NCBI GenBank assembly: GCA_040954595.2
Contig: CM082587.2
Location: 713,622-777,621 of the forward strand
Origin: Balanoglossus misakiensis
Lineage: Eukaryota; Animalia; Hemichordata
Direction of reading: 5' to 3'
Length of the DNA stretch: 64,000 nucleotides
Under the pieces are notes generated by a model. The model saw only the letters and a program-made list of their open reading frames with translations, was not told the origin of the DNA and did not search any database. This document shows positions 1 through 12,680 of this stretch, piece by piece (position 1 is the first letter of the stretch; each line of letters starts with the position of its first letter). The position numbers and the translations under genes were made by a program.

Positions 1-3000
1 ATTTGGTCTTTTTTTGAAAAAACCATGGGTTATAGCTCAGGAAAATGCTCAAAAATCGAGGATTTTTCGACTTGCGAATTTGAAAATTTGGTCATTTTTG
101 AAAAACCATGGGTTATAGCTCAGGAAAATCGTCAAAAATCGAGGATTTTTCGACTTTGCGAATTTTGAAAATTTGGTCATTTTTTGAAAAAACCATGGGT
201 TATAGCTCAGGAAAATCGTCAAAAATCGAGGATTTTTCGACTTTGCGAAATTTGAAAATTTGGTCATTTTTTGAAAAAACCATGGGTTATAGCTCAGGAA
301 AATCGTCAAAAATCGAGGATTTTTCGACTTTGCGAATTTTGAAAATTTGGTCATTTTTTGAAAAAAACCATGGGTTATAGCTCAGGAAAATCGTCAAAAA
401 TCGAGGATTTTTCGACTTTGCGAATTTTGAAAATTTGGTCATTTTTTGAAAAAACCATGGGTTATAGCTCAGGAAAATCGTCAAAAATCGAGGATTTTTC
501 GACTTTGCGAATTTTGAAAATTTGGTCATTTTTTGAAAAAACCATGGGTTATAGCTCAGGAAAATCGTCAAAAATCGAGGATTTTTCGACTTTGCGAATT
601 TTGAAAATTTGGTCATTTTTTGAAAAAAACCATGGGTTATAGCTCAGGAAAATCGTCAAAAATCGAGGATTTTTCGACTTTGCGAATTTTGAAAATTTGG
701 TCATTTTTTGAAAAAACCATGGGTTATAGCTCAGGAAAATCGTCAAAAATCGAGGATTTTTCGACTTTGCGAATTTTGAAAATTTGGTCATTTTTTGAAA
801 AAACCATGGGTTATAGCTCAGGAAAATCGTCAAAAATCGAGGATTTTTCGACTTTGCGAATTTTGAAAATTTGGTCATTTTTGAAAAAACCATGGGTTAT
901 AGCTCAGGAAAATCGTCAAAAATCGAGGATTTTTCGACTTTGCGAATTTTGAAAATTTGGTCATTTTTTGAAAAAACCATGGGTTATAGCTCAGGAAAAT
1001 CGTCAAAAATCGAGGATTTTTCGACTTTGCGAATTTTGAAAATTTGGTCATTTTTTGAAAAAACCATGGGTTATAGCTCAGGAAAATCGTCAAAAATCGA
1101 GGATTTTTCGACTTTGCGAATTTTGAAAATTTGGTCATTTTTTGAAAAAACCATGGGTTATAGCTCAGGAAAATCGTCAAAAATCGAGGATTTTTCGACT
1201 TTGCGAATTTTGAAAATTTGGTCATTTTTTGAAAAAACCATGGGTTATAGCTCAGGAAAATCGTCAAAAATCGAGGATTTTTCGACTTTGCGAATTTTGA
1301 AAATTTGGTCATTTTTTGAAAAAACCATGGGTTATAGCTCAGGAAAATCGTCAAAAATCGAGGATTTTTCGACTTTGCGAATTTTGAAAATTTGGTCATT
1401 TTTTGAAAAAACCATGGGTTATAGCTCAGGAAAATCGTCAAAAATCGAGGATTTTTCGACTTTGCGAATTTTGAAAATTTGGTCATTTTTTGAAAAAACC
1501 ATGGGTTATAGCTCAGGAAAATCGTCAAAAATCGAGGATTTTTCGACTTTGCGAAATTTGAAAATTTGGTCATTTTTTGAAAAAAACCATGGGTTATAGC
1601 TCAGGAAAATCGTCAAAAATCGAGGATTTTTCGACTTTGCGAAATTTGAAAATTTGGTCATTTTTTGAAAAAACCATGGGTTATAGCTCAGGAAAATCGT
1701 CAAAAATCGAGGATTTTTCGACTTTGCGAAATTTGAAAATTTGGTCATTTTTTGAAAAAACCATGGGTTATAGCTCAGGAAAATCGTCAAAAATCGAGGA
1801 TTTTTCGACTTTGCGAATTTTGAAAATTTGGTCATTTTTTGAAAAAACCATGGGTTATAGCTCAGGAAAATCGTCAAAAATCGAGGATTTTTCGACTTTG
1901 CGAATTTTGAAAATTTGGTCATTTTTTGAAAAAACCATGGGTTATAGCTCAGGAAAATCGTCAAAAATCGAGGATTTTTCGACTTTGCGAAATTTGAAAA
2001 TTTGGTCATTTTTTGAAAAAACCATGGGTTATAGCTCAGGAAAATCGTCAAAAATCGAGGATTTTTCGACTTTGCGAATTTTGAAAATTTGGTCATTTTT
2101 TGAAAAAACCATGGGTTATAGCTCAGGAAAATCGTCAAAAATCGAGGATTTTTCGACTTTGCGAATTTTGAAAATTTGGTCATTTTTTGAAAAAACCATG
2201 GGTTATAGCTCAGGAAAATCGTCAAAAATCGAGGATTTTTCGACTTTGCGAATTTTGAAAATTTGGTCATTTTTTGAAAAAACCATGGGTTATAGCTCAG
2301 GAAAATCGTCAAAAATCGAGGATTTTTCGACTTTGCGAAATTTGAAAATTTGGTCATTTTTTGAAAAAACCATGGGTTATAGCTCAGGAAAATCGTCAAA
2401 AATCGAGGATTTTTCGACTTTGCGAAATTTGAAAATTTGGTCATTTTTTGAAAAAACCATGGGTTATAGCTCAGGAAAATCGTCAAAAATCGAGGATTTT
2501 TCGACTTTGCGAATTTTGAAAATTTGGTCATTTTTTGAAAAAACCATGGGTTATAGCTCAGGAAAATCGTCAAAAATCGAGGATTTTTGGACTTTGCGAA
2601 TTTTGAAAATTTGGTCATTTTTTGAAAAAACCATGGGTTATAGCTCAGGAAAATCGTCAAAAATCGAGGATTTTTCGGACTTTGCGAATTTTGAAAATTT
2701 GGTCATTTTTTGAAAAAACCATGGGTTATAGCTCAGGAAAATCGTCAAAAATCGAGGATTTTTCGACTTTGCGAATTTTGAAAATTTGGTCATTTTTTGA
2801 AAAAACCATGGGTTATAGCTCAGGAAAATCGTCAAAAATCGAGGATTTTTCGACTTTGCGAATTTTGAAAATTTGGTCATTTTTTGAAAAAAACCATGGG
2901 TTATAGCTCAGGAAAATCGTCAAAAATCGAGGATTTTTCGACTTTGCGAATTTTGAAAATTTGGTCATTTTTTGAAAAAACCATGGGTTATAGCTCAGGA

Positions 3001-6000
3001 AAATCGTCAAAAATCGAGGATTTTTCGACTTTGCGAATTTTGAAAATTTGGTCATTTTTTGAAAAAAACCATGGGTTATAGCTCAGGAAAATCGTCAAAA
3101 ATCGAGGATTTTTCGACTTTGCGAAATTTGAAAATTTGGTCATTTTTTGAAAAAACCATGGGTTATAGCTCAGGAAAATCGTCAAAAATCGAGGATTTTT
3201 CGACTTTGCGAATTTTGAAAATTTGGTCATTTTTTGAAAAAAACCATGGGTTATAGCTCAGGAAAATCGTCAAAAATCGAGGATTTTTCGACTTTGCGAA
3301 ATTTGAAAATTTGGTCATTTTTTGAAAAAACCATGGGTTATAGCTCAGGAAAATCGTCAAAAATCGAGGATTTTTCGACTTTGCGAATTTTGAAAATTTG
3401 GTCATTTTTTGAAAAAACCATGGGTTATAGCTCAGGAAAATCGTCAAAAATCGAGGATTTTTCGACTTTGCGAATTTTGAAAATTTGGTCATTTTTTGAA
3501 AAAACCATGGGTTATAGCTCAGGAAAATCGTCAAAAATCGAGGATTTTTCGACTTTGCGAATTTTGAAAATTTGGTCATTTTTTGAAAAAACCATGGGTT
3601 ATAGCTCAGGAAAATCGTCAAAAATCGAGGATTTTTCGACTTTGCGAATTTTGAAAATTTGGTCATTTTTGAAAAAACCATGGGTTATAGCTCAGGAAAA
3701 TCGTCAAAAATCGAGGATTTTTCGACTTTGCGAATTTTGAAAATTTGGTCATTTTTTGAAAAAACCATGGGTTATAGCTCAGGAAAATCGTCAAAAATCG
3801 AGGATTTTTCGACTTTGCGAATTTTGAAAATTTGGTCATTTTTTGAAAAAACCATGGGTTATAGCTCAGGAAAATCGTCAAAAATCGAGGATTTTTCGAC
3901 TTTGCGAAATTTGAAAATTTGGTCATTTTTTGAAAAAACCATGGGTTATAGCTCAGGAAAATCGTCAAAAATCGAGGATTTTTCGACTTTGCGAATTTTG
4001 AAAATTTGGTCATTTTTTGAAAAAACCATGGGTTATAGCTCAGGAAAATCGTCAAAAATCGAGGATTTTTGGACTTTGCGAATTTTGAAAATTTGGTCAT
4101 TTTTTGAAAAAACCATGGGTTATAGCTCAGGAAAATCGTCAAAAATCGAGGATTTTTGGACTTTGCGAATTTTGAAAATTTGGTCATTTTTTGAAAAAAC
4201 CATGGGTTATAGCTCAGGAAAATCGTCAAAAATCGAGGATTTTTCGACTTTGCGAATTTTGAAAATTTGGTCATTTTTTGAAAAAACCATGGGTTATAGC
4301 TCAGGAAAATCGTCAAAAATCGAGGATTTTTCGACTTTGCGAATTTTGAAAATTTGGTCATTTTTTGAAAAAACCATGGGTTATAGCTCAGGAAAATCGT
4401 CAAAAATCGAGGATTTTTCGACTTTGCGAATTTTGAAAATTTGGTCATTTTTTTGAAAAAACCATGGGTTATAGCTCAGGAAAATCGTCAAAAATCGAGG
4501 ATTTTTCGACTTTGCGAATTTTGAAAATTTGGTCATTTTTTGAAAAAACCATGGGTTATAGCTCAGGAAAATCGTCAAAAATCGAGGATTTTTCGACTTT
4601 GCGAATTTTGAAAATTTGGTCATTTTTTGAAAAAACCATGGGTTATAGCTCAGGAAAATCGTCAAAAATCGAGGATTTTTCGACTTTGCGAATTTTGAAA
4701 ATTTGGTCATTTTTTGAAAAAACCATGGGTTATAGCTCAGGAAAATCGTCAAAAATCGAGGATTTTTCGACTTTGCGAATTTTGAAAATTTGGTCATTTT
4801 TTGAAAAAACCATGGGTTATAGCTCAGGAAAATCGTCAAAAAATCGAGGATTTTTCGACTTTGCGAATTTTGAAAATTTGGTCATTTTTTTGAAAAAACC
4901 ATGGGTTATAGCTCAGGAAAATCGTCAAAAATCGAGGATTTTTCGACTTTGCGAATTTTGAAAATTTGGTCATTTTTTGAAAAACCATGGGTTAAGCTCA
5001 GGAAAATCGTCAAAAATCGAGGATTTTTCGACTTTGCGAATTTTGAAAATTTGGTCATTTTTTGAAAAAACCATGGGTTATAGCTCAGGAAAATCGTCAA
5101 AAATCGAGGATTTTTCGACTTTGCGAATTTTGAAAATTTGGTCATTTTTTGAAAAACCATGGGTTATAGCTCAGGAAAATCGTCAAAAATCGAGGATTTT
5201 TCGACTTTGCGAATTTTGAAAATTTGGTCATTTTTTGAAAAAACCATGGGTTATAGCTCAGGAAAATCGTCAAAAATCGAGGATTTTTCGACTTTGCGAA
5301 TTTTGAAAATTTGGTCATTTTTTGAAAAAACCATGGGTTATAGCTCAGGAAAATCGTCAAAAATCGAGGATTTTTCGACTTTGCGAATTTTGAAAATTTG
5401 GTCATTTTTTGAAAAAACCATGGGTTATAGCTCAGGAAAATCGTCAAAAATCGAGGATTTTTCGACTTTGCGAAATTTGAAAATTTGGTCATTTTTTGAA
5501 AAAAACCATGGGTTATAGCTCAGGAAAATCGTCAAAAATCGAGGATTTTTCGACTTTGCGAAATTTGAAAATTTGGTCATTTTTTGAAAAAACCATGGGT
5601 TATAGCTCAGGAAAATCGTCAAAAATCGAGGAATTTTTCGACTTTGCGAATTTTGAAAATTTGGTCATTTTTTGAAAAAACCATGGGTTATAGCTCAGGA
5701 AAATCGTCAAAAATCGAGGATTTTTCGACTTTGCGAATTTTGAAAATTTGGTCATTTTTTGAAAAACCATGGGTTATAGCTCAGGAAAATCGTCAAAAAT
5801 CGAGGATTTTTCGACTTTGCGAATTTTGAAAATTTGGTCATTTTTTTGAAAAAACCATGGGTTATAGCTCAGGAAAATCGTCAAAAATCGAGGATTTTTC
5901 GACTTTGCGAATTTTGAAAATTTGGTCATTTTTTGAAAAAACCATGGGTTATAGCTCAGGAAAATCGTCAAAAATCGAGGATTTTTCGACTTTGCGAATT

Positions 6001-9000
6001 TTGAAAATTTGGTCATTTTTTGAAAAAACCATGGGTTATAGCTCAGGAAAATCGTCAAAAATCGAGGATTTTTCGACTTTGCGAATTTTGAAAATTTGGT
6101 CATTTTTTGAAAAAACCATGGGTTATAGCTCAGGAAAATCGTCAAAAATCGAGGATTTTTCGACTTTGCGAATTTTGAAAATTTGGTCATTTTTTGAAAA
6201 AACCATGGGTTATAGCTCAGGAAAATCGTCAAAAATCGAGGATTTTTCGACTTTGCGAATTTTGAAAATTTGGTCATTTTTTGAAAAAACCATGGGTTAT
6301 AGCTCAGGAAAATCGTCAAAAATCGAGGATTTTTCGACTTTGCGAATTTTGAAAATTTGGTCATTTTTTGAAAAAACCATGGGTTATAGCTCAGGAAAAT
6401 CGTCAAAAATCGAGGATTTTTCGACTTTGCGAATTTTGAAAATATGGTCATTTTTTGAAAAAACCATGGGTTATAGCTCAGGAAAATCGTCAAAAATCGA
6501 GGATTTTTGGACTTTGCGAATTTTGAAAATTTGGTCATTTTTTGAAAAAACCATGGGTTATAGCTCAGGAAAATCGTCAAAAATCGAGGATTTTTCGACT
6601 TTGCGAATTTTGAAAATTTGGTCATTTTTTGAAAAAACCATGGGTTATAGCTCAGGAAAATCGTCAAAAATCGAGGATTTTTCGACTTTGCGAATTTTGA
6701 AAATTTGGTCATTTTTTGAAAAAACCATGGGTTATAGCTCAGGAAAATCGTCAAAAATCGAGGATTTTTCGACTTTGCGAATTTTGAAAATTTGGTCATT
6801 TTTTTGAAAAAACCATGGGTTATAGCTCAGGAAAATCGTCAAAAATCGAGGATTTTTCGACTTTGCGAATTTTGAAAATTTGGTCATTTTTTGAAAAAAC
6901 CATGGGTTATAGCTCAGGAAAATCGTCAAAAATCGAGGATTTTTCGACTTTGCGAATTTTGAAAATTTGGTCATTTTTTGAAAAAACCATGGGTTATAGC
7001 TCAGGAAAATCGTCAAAAATCGAGGATTTTTCGACTTTGCGAATTTTGAAAATTTGGTCATTTTTTGAAAAAACCATGGGTTATAGCTCAGGAAAATCGT
7101 CAAAAATCGAGGATTTTTCGACTTTGCGAATTTTGAAAATTTGGTCATTTTTTGAAAAAACCATGGGTTATAGCTCAGGAAAATCGTCAAAAATCGAGGA
7201 TTTTTCGACTTTGCGAATTTTGAAAATTTGGTCATTTTTTGAAAAAACCATGGGTTATAGCTCAGGAAAATCGTCAAAAATCGAGGATTTTTCGACTTTG
7301 CGAATTTTGAAAATTTGGTCATTTTTTGAAAAAACCATGGGTTATAGCTCAGGAAAATCGTCAAAAATCGAGGATTTTTCGACTTTGCGAAATTTGAAAA
7401 TTTGGTCATTTTTTGAAAAAAACCATGGGTTATAGCTCAGGAAAATCGTCAAAAATCGAGGATTTTTCGACTTTGCGAAATTTGAAAATTTGGTCATTTT
7501 TTGAAAAAAACCATGGGTTATAGCTCAGGAAAATCGTCAAAAATCGAGGATTTTTCGACTTTGCGAAATTTGAAAATTTGGTCATTTTTTGAAAAAACCA
7601 TGGGTTATAGCTCAGGAAAATCGTCAAAAATCGAGGATTTTTCGACTTTGCGAATTTTGAAAATTTGGTCATTTTTTGAAAAAACCATGGGTTATAGCTC
7701 AGGAAAATCGTCAAAAATCGAGGATTTTTCGACTTTGCGAATTTTGAAAATTTGGTCATTTTTTGAAAAAACCATGGGTTATAGCTCAGGAAAATCGTCA
7801 AAAATCGAGGATTTTTCGACTTTGCGAATTTTGAAAATTTGGTCATTTTTTGAAAAAACCATGGGTTATAGCTCAGGAAAATCGTCAAAAATCGAGGATT
7901 TTTCGACTTTGCGAATTTTGAAAATTTGGTCATTTTTTGAAAAAACCATGGGTTATAGCTCAGGAAAATCGTCAAAATCGAGGATTTTTCGACTTTGCGA
8001 ATTTTGAAAATTTGGTCATTTTTTGAAAAAACCATGGGTTATAGCTCAGGAAAATCGTCAAAAATCGAGGATTTTTCGACTTTGCGAATTTTGAAAATTT
8101 GGTCATTTTTTGAAAAAACCATGGGTTATAGCTCAGGAAAATCGTCAAAAATCGAGGATTTTTCGACTTTGCGAATTTTGAAAATTTGGTCATTTTTTGA
8201 AAAAACCATGGGTTATAGCTCAGGAAAATCGTCAAAAATCGAAGATTTTTCGACTTTGCGAATTTTGAAAATTTGGTCATTTTTTGAAAAAACCATGGGT
8301 TATAGCTCAGGAAAATCGTCAAAAATCGAGGATTTTTCGACTTTGCGAATTTTGAAAATTTGGTCATTTTTTGAAAAAACCATGGGTTATAGCTCAGGAA
8401 AATCGTCAAAAATCGAGGATTTTTCGACTTTGCGAATTTTGAAAATTTGGTCATTTTTTGAAAAAACCATGGGTTATAGCTCAGGAAAATCGTCAAAAAT
8501 CGAGGATTTTTGGACTTTGCGATTTTTGAAAATTTGGTCATTTTTTGAAAAAACCATGGGTTATAGCTCAGGAAAATCGTCAAAAATCGAGGATTTTTGG
8601 ACTTTGCGAATTTTGAAAATTTGGTCATTTTTTGAAAAAACCATGGGTTATAGCTCAGGAAAATCGTCAAAAATCGAGGATTTTTCGACTTTGCGAATTT
8701 TGAAAATTTGGTCATTTTTTGAAAAAACCATGGGTTATAGCTCAGGAAAATCGTCAAAAATCGAGGATTTTTCGACTTTGCGAATTTTGAAAATTTGGTC
8801 ATTTTTTGAAAAAACCATGGGTTATAGCTCAGGAAAATCGTCAAAAATCGAGGATTTTTCGACTTTGCGAATTTTGAAAATTTGGTCATTTTTTGAAAAA
8901 ACCATGGGTTATAGCTCAGGAAAATCGTCAAAAATCGAGGATTTTTCGACTTTGCGAATTTTGAAAATTTGGTCATTTTTTGAAAAAATCATGGGTTATA

Positions 9001-9170
9001 GCTCAGGAAAATCATCCAAAAATGACAATTTTTCGACTTTGCGAATTTTGAAAATTTGGTCATTTTTTGAAAAAATCATGGGTTATAGCTCATGAAAATC
9101 TTCAAAAATCGACGATTTTTCGACTTTGCGAATTTTCAAAATTTCGTCATTTTTTGAAAAAATCATGGGT
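1..9170. repeat. 87-bp tandem satellite array, about 105 near-identical units, truncated by the left window edge
   Basis: Unit CCATGGGTTATAGCTCAGGAAAATCGTCAAAAATCGAGGATTTTTCGACTTTGCGAATTTTGAAAATTTGGTCATTTTTTGAAAAAA repeated head-to-tail. Differences are mostly homopolymer length plus two recurrent SNPs (GCGAATTTTG/GCGAAATTTG; TTTCGACT/TTTGGACT). The last two units (8990-9170) are more diverged. Confidence 0.99.
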
Positions 9171-9350
9171 CGAAAAATTGTCATTTTTTGATGATTTTCA
9201 TGAGCTATAACCCATGGTTTTTTTCAAAAATCGACGAAATTTTGAGAATTCGCAAAGTCGAAAAATTGTCATTTTGTGATGATTTTCATAAGCTATAACC
9301 CATGGTTTTTTTCAAAAATCGACGAAATTTTGAGAATTCGCAAAGTCGAA
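9169..9350 (-). repeat. Two inverted (reverse-complement) copies of the diverged edge variant of the satellite
   Basis: GTCGAAAAATTGTCATTTTTTGATGATTTTCATGAGCTATAACCCATGG is the reverse complement of the unit variants seen at 8990-9170. Confidence 0.95.
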
Positions 9351-9642
9351 AAATGTCATTTTTGATGATTTTCATGTATTTTAACCCATGCATATGACAT
9401 GGAAATGTCAAAATGAGCAAAATTTTCAAATTCAAGATGTTGTCATTTTTTGAGCGTTCATGAGCTATAACCCGTGCATATGACATCGAAATGCCAAAAT
9501 GAGCAAAATTGTCAAATTCAAGATTTTGTCGTTTTTTGTGCGTTCATGAGTTTATAACCCATGCATATGACATGGAAATGCCAAAATGAGCAAAATTTTC
9601 AAAGTTAAGAATTTGTCATATTTTCATGGGTTATATAACTCA
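9351..9642 (-). repeat. About 3.5 copies of a related, older 87-bp satellite subfamily in inverted orientation
   Basis: TAACCC(A/G)TGCATATGACAT recurs at about 9382, 9468 and 9555 (period ~87). It shares the TGTCATTTTTT...TTCATGAGCTATAACCC half with the main unit; the other half differs. Confidence 0.85.
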
Positions 9643-12444
9643 CGAAACTTGTCAAAATATACCAATATCCGACTTACCTTTGGTGATTTTATCACTTGTG
9701 GAATTTTTTCTCGGCGATTCAAAGAAGTCGCGTAGTAGATATTTACATTGAGACTGGCACAGAAATTTTGGAGAATCACACCGGACAGTTTTTACGTTAC
9801 ATTTACATTTTTTTTTACATCCCGGTCGATTCACGATGTTTACCACGCAAAAAAACGGGCGGCATCTACTTGGCCATCTTGTATCACATATCCAAATTCT
9901 TGCCTCGACATGGTTTTTGTTTGTTCAAAGGCAATTAATATGTTTTGTAATTGAACGCTAATAAGCGAACAATTATTTAAATAAACTTACATGGACCGCC
10001 CGGTGTTGGGAACCTACTGAGCAAATCAATGTCAATCTACCGCTACATGCAGTGTCAGCGTTAATTGGAGGCTGCATTTTATGTAGTCTGACGGTGACCT
10101 TATACCAACCCCCTGTGCCGAACCACTTCAACATTCTCATAATTTCTGGGAGACGAAACATGAAGACGAACTAGTGCACAGAGAAAGACCGGCAAATTAA
10201 ACAGAATTTGATTTCAGTTGATACTCCGAAAAAAAGCGACGTGGCGCAGACTTTCTCACGGGCCTCAGTTTCAAATTCTGACAGCGAACCGCGCATTAAT
10301 TCCGTTACTCCCACTGGGTTGCAATACTGTCTGAGTGGTTGTGATACGCCGAAATTTCTGTCCGCTCTCCTGTTTCGATTAATATCCTGCTATGTCGGGT
10401 ACCTTTCAATTTTGTTCGTCTCTTGACACAAATGTCACTATTTAATGACACCTTCCTCCGGACTTTGATTAACGATGGATGGAGTGAAGATTGAAAGAAG
10501 TTTCGCGGAGCGGAGCGGCATTTCAACAGATCCATACGAATCCATGTGTTTGCAATTCGCTAGAATTATTTTGTTAAATTATTTTATTTTACTTATGTGT
10601 ACATTTTAACGAGATTTTGCTTTTTCCTACGCTCTCACTGACAAACAACGCGTCTTTCAACAGACCACAGTGGCTAGAAAAACACCAGCGACATATTTTT
10701 TTTTTCAACACGTTTCCACCCACTCGACTGTAGAGTGCGACGGCATGATGTCCGAAGATGACACCCTTACATCTGTATTTTCGCATTTTAGTCGATCGGT
10801 GTCTCCTTACAGGTACGCGTACCAATCTCGTTCGTGTACAGTCAACAGGAGAGGAACAGAAAGAACAGCTTGTCGGACGAAGTGAGTTAAATGCGTAAGG
10901 CAGTCTGTGTTACACAGAGGGCGACCTTTGTTGACCGGGGAATAAATCGCCATATTTAGCGTCCAACGGTATTTGAAGAGTTGCATTGCCGTATATTACA
11001 ATTTGAATTGCCTGGCTAGGCTAAATAATTAATTACCAATAACCAAACCCGACGCGCTTAAGGGTATCTACCTCTGATTCCATGGATTTGCGAAAAATTC
11101 CAATCAATATATATTTAGGTTTTGTGTTACTTGAATAAAACCAAATGAATTGGTCAGAAGATTGATTAGTTCTGACGTGGCCAGCCTGCAACGGCTCAAA
11201 TTCCATCGTATCTGATCCACCATTTTGAATACTGCGCCCTAGCAACCGTTGATAAAATACATGATATCGGAAGCCATCCATCATCGTGTGCCACATGTTC
11301 CCGCGAAAATGTTGATCGTTTTATGAAACATTTCGTCGTGCAACAGATATTTGCAATTCTGTCTGCAACTCGCATTTTAACAATCATCACAGACCTGTTT
11401 TCCATCCTCAAAAAAGTTATACCCTAAGTAAAATTTGGACTGCGGCAACTTCGTTACCAATCACCAGGAAAATTTGCAATTTGCAGATGGTGTTTGCCCT
11501 CCAGAAGCGCTACTTTCAAACACCAAACGGCATAAATATAATGGGTGCTGGCGAAGAGGGGACATGCGAAATAAAAGGTGACCACAACGGTCTTTAAATC
11601 CATATTTGACGACCGATCATTATCAAAATCTGTCGGAGAGTGCGCGAAACTCACACGGCTGCACGCGTTATAGCTCCCCGCAGCGGTTATGAGTCGCAAC
11701 ATCCAGGTTTACGCAATTTTTTCCAATTATTCTCCGTCCGGTGGTTTAAAGACGTGTTGCGACTTAATAGACAGCCTTTAATGACTATTTTCAATCACAA
11801 TGCGTTGCAGACCATATGCTAAAAGTAGGGCTTAACAAGAGATGCAATACTCTTCACTTCGGTTGCCCCTGACAACAATGAAAACCGCTGCTTGATGGCG
11901 TTCTCCAGGTACAACGGAGTACTTCCAGTCTTTGTGCTCAAGCTTTTAAAACATTCTGTGTATTAATGGCAATTTCCAGCTGTTTGCGTGGACATTAAAA
12001 TCTTTATTTCCTGCCTAAAGTAGATCAATGAAAATATTTGCGACAAGGAGACGTACAGGAACAGCATGCGACTTCTCCGCACTACACTTGTGTTCAACGC
12101 CAAGCTAATATACCTAAACGCCAATTACACCAATAAAAACGCAGTATTACTTTTATTTTATGACATTGCCAGGGTAACGTTTATTCTTTCAATCTTCGCC
12201 TAAATTTCACATTATTGTTTCCCGTTTTTTGTGTGTCATTTACGTGAAATCAACCCTTTCATTCGCCATATGTTTCTTGATGGCACTTTGGCCTGTGTAA
12301 TGTGTATGTCAGAATTAAAGCGTATCTGCCACTTCGGTTTATATGATTTTCAAATTCCAAACCACGGGATACTGATCATGCCTGTTGAAAAAAAAAAGAA
12401 ATTGTTGAAAATATAACAATTCAAACAGAGACCTCATCATCAAT

Positions 12445-12446
<2 letters not shown>

Positions 12447-12479
<33 letters not shown>

Positions 12480-12525
12480 ACTCACTCACTCACTCACTCA
12501 CTCACTCACTCACTCACTCACTCAC

Positions 12526-12561
<36 letters not shown>

Positions 12562-12680
12562 CCTCCCCCTCCCTCCCTCCCTCCCTCCCTACCTACCTAC
12601 CTCCATACCTACCTACCTCCATCCCTATCACCCCCTCTCTCCCTCCCTCCCTCCCTCCCTCCCCCCTCTCTCTCTCTCTC
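12447..12680. repeat. Compound pyrimidine-rich microsatellite (CT)n(CACT)n(CT)n(CCCT)n(CCTA)n(CCCT)n(CT)n
   Basis: Read directly from the sequence. Confidence 0.97.

Noticed and set aside
49-9095. Long ORFs on both strands (MGYSSGKSSKIEDFSTLRILKIWSFFEKT / MTKFSKFAKSKNPRFLTIFLSYNPWFFQK repeats)
   Set aside because: These arise because the 87-bp unit equals 29 codons and lacks a stop in one frame per strand. Frames break at every homopolymer indel, and there is no coding-type variation.
1-9170. CRISPR-like array
   Set aside because: There are no unique spacers and no cas genes, and the context is eukaryotic
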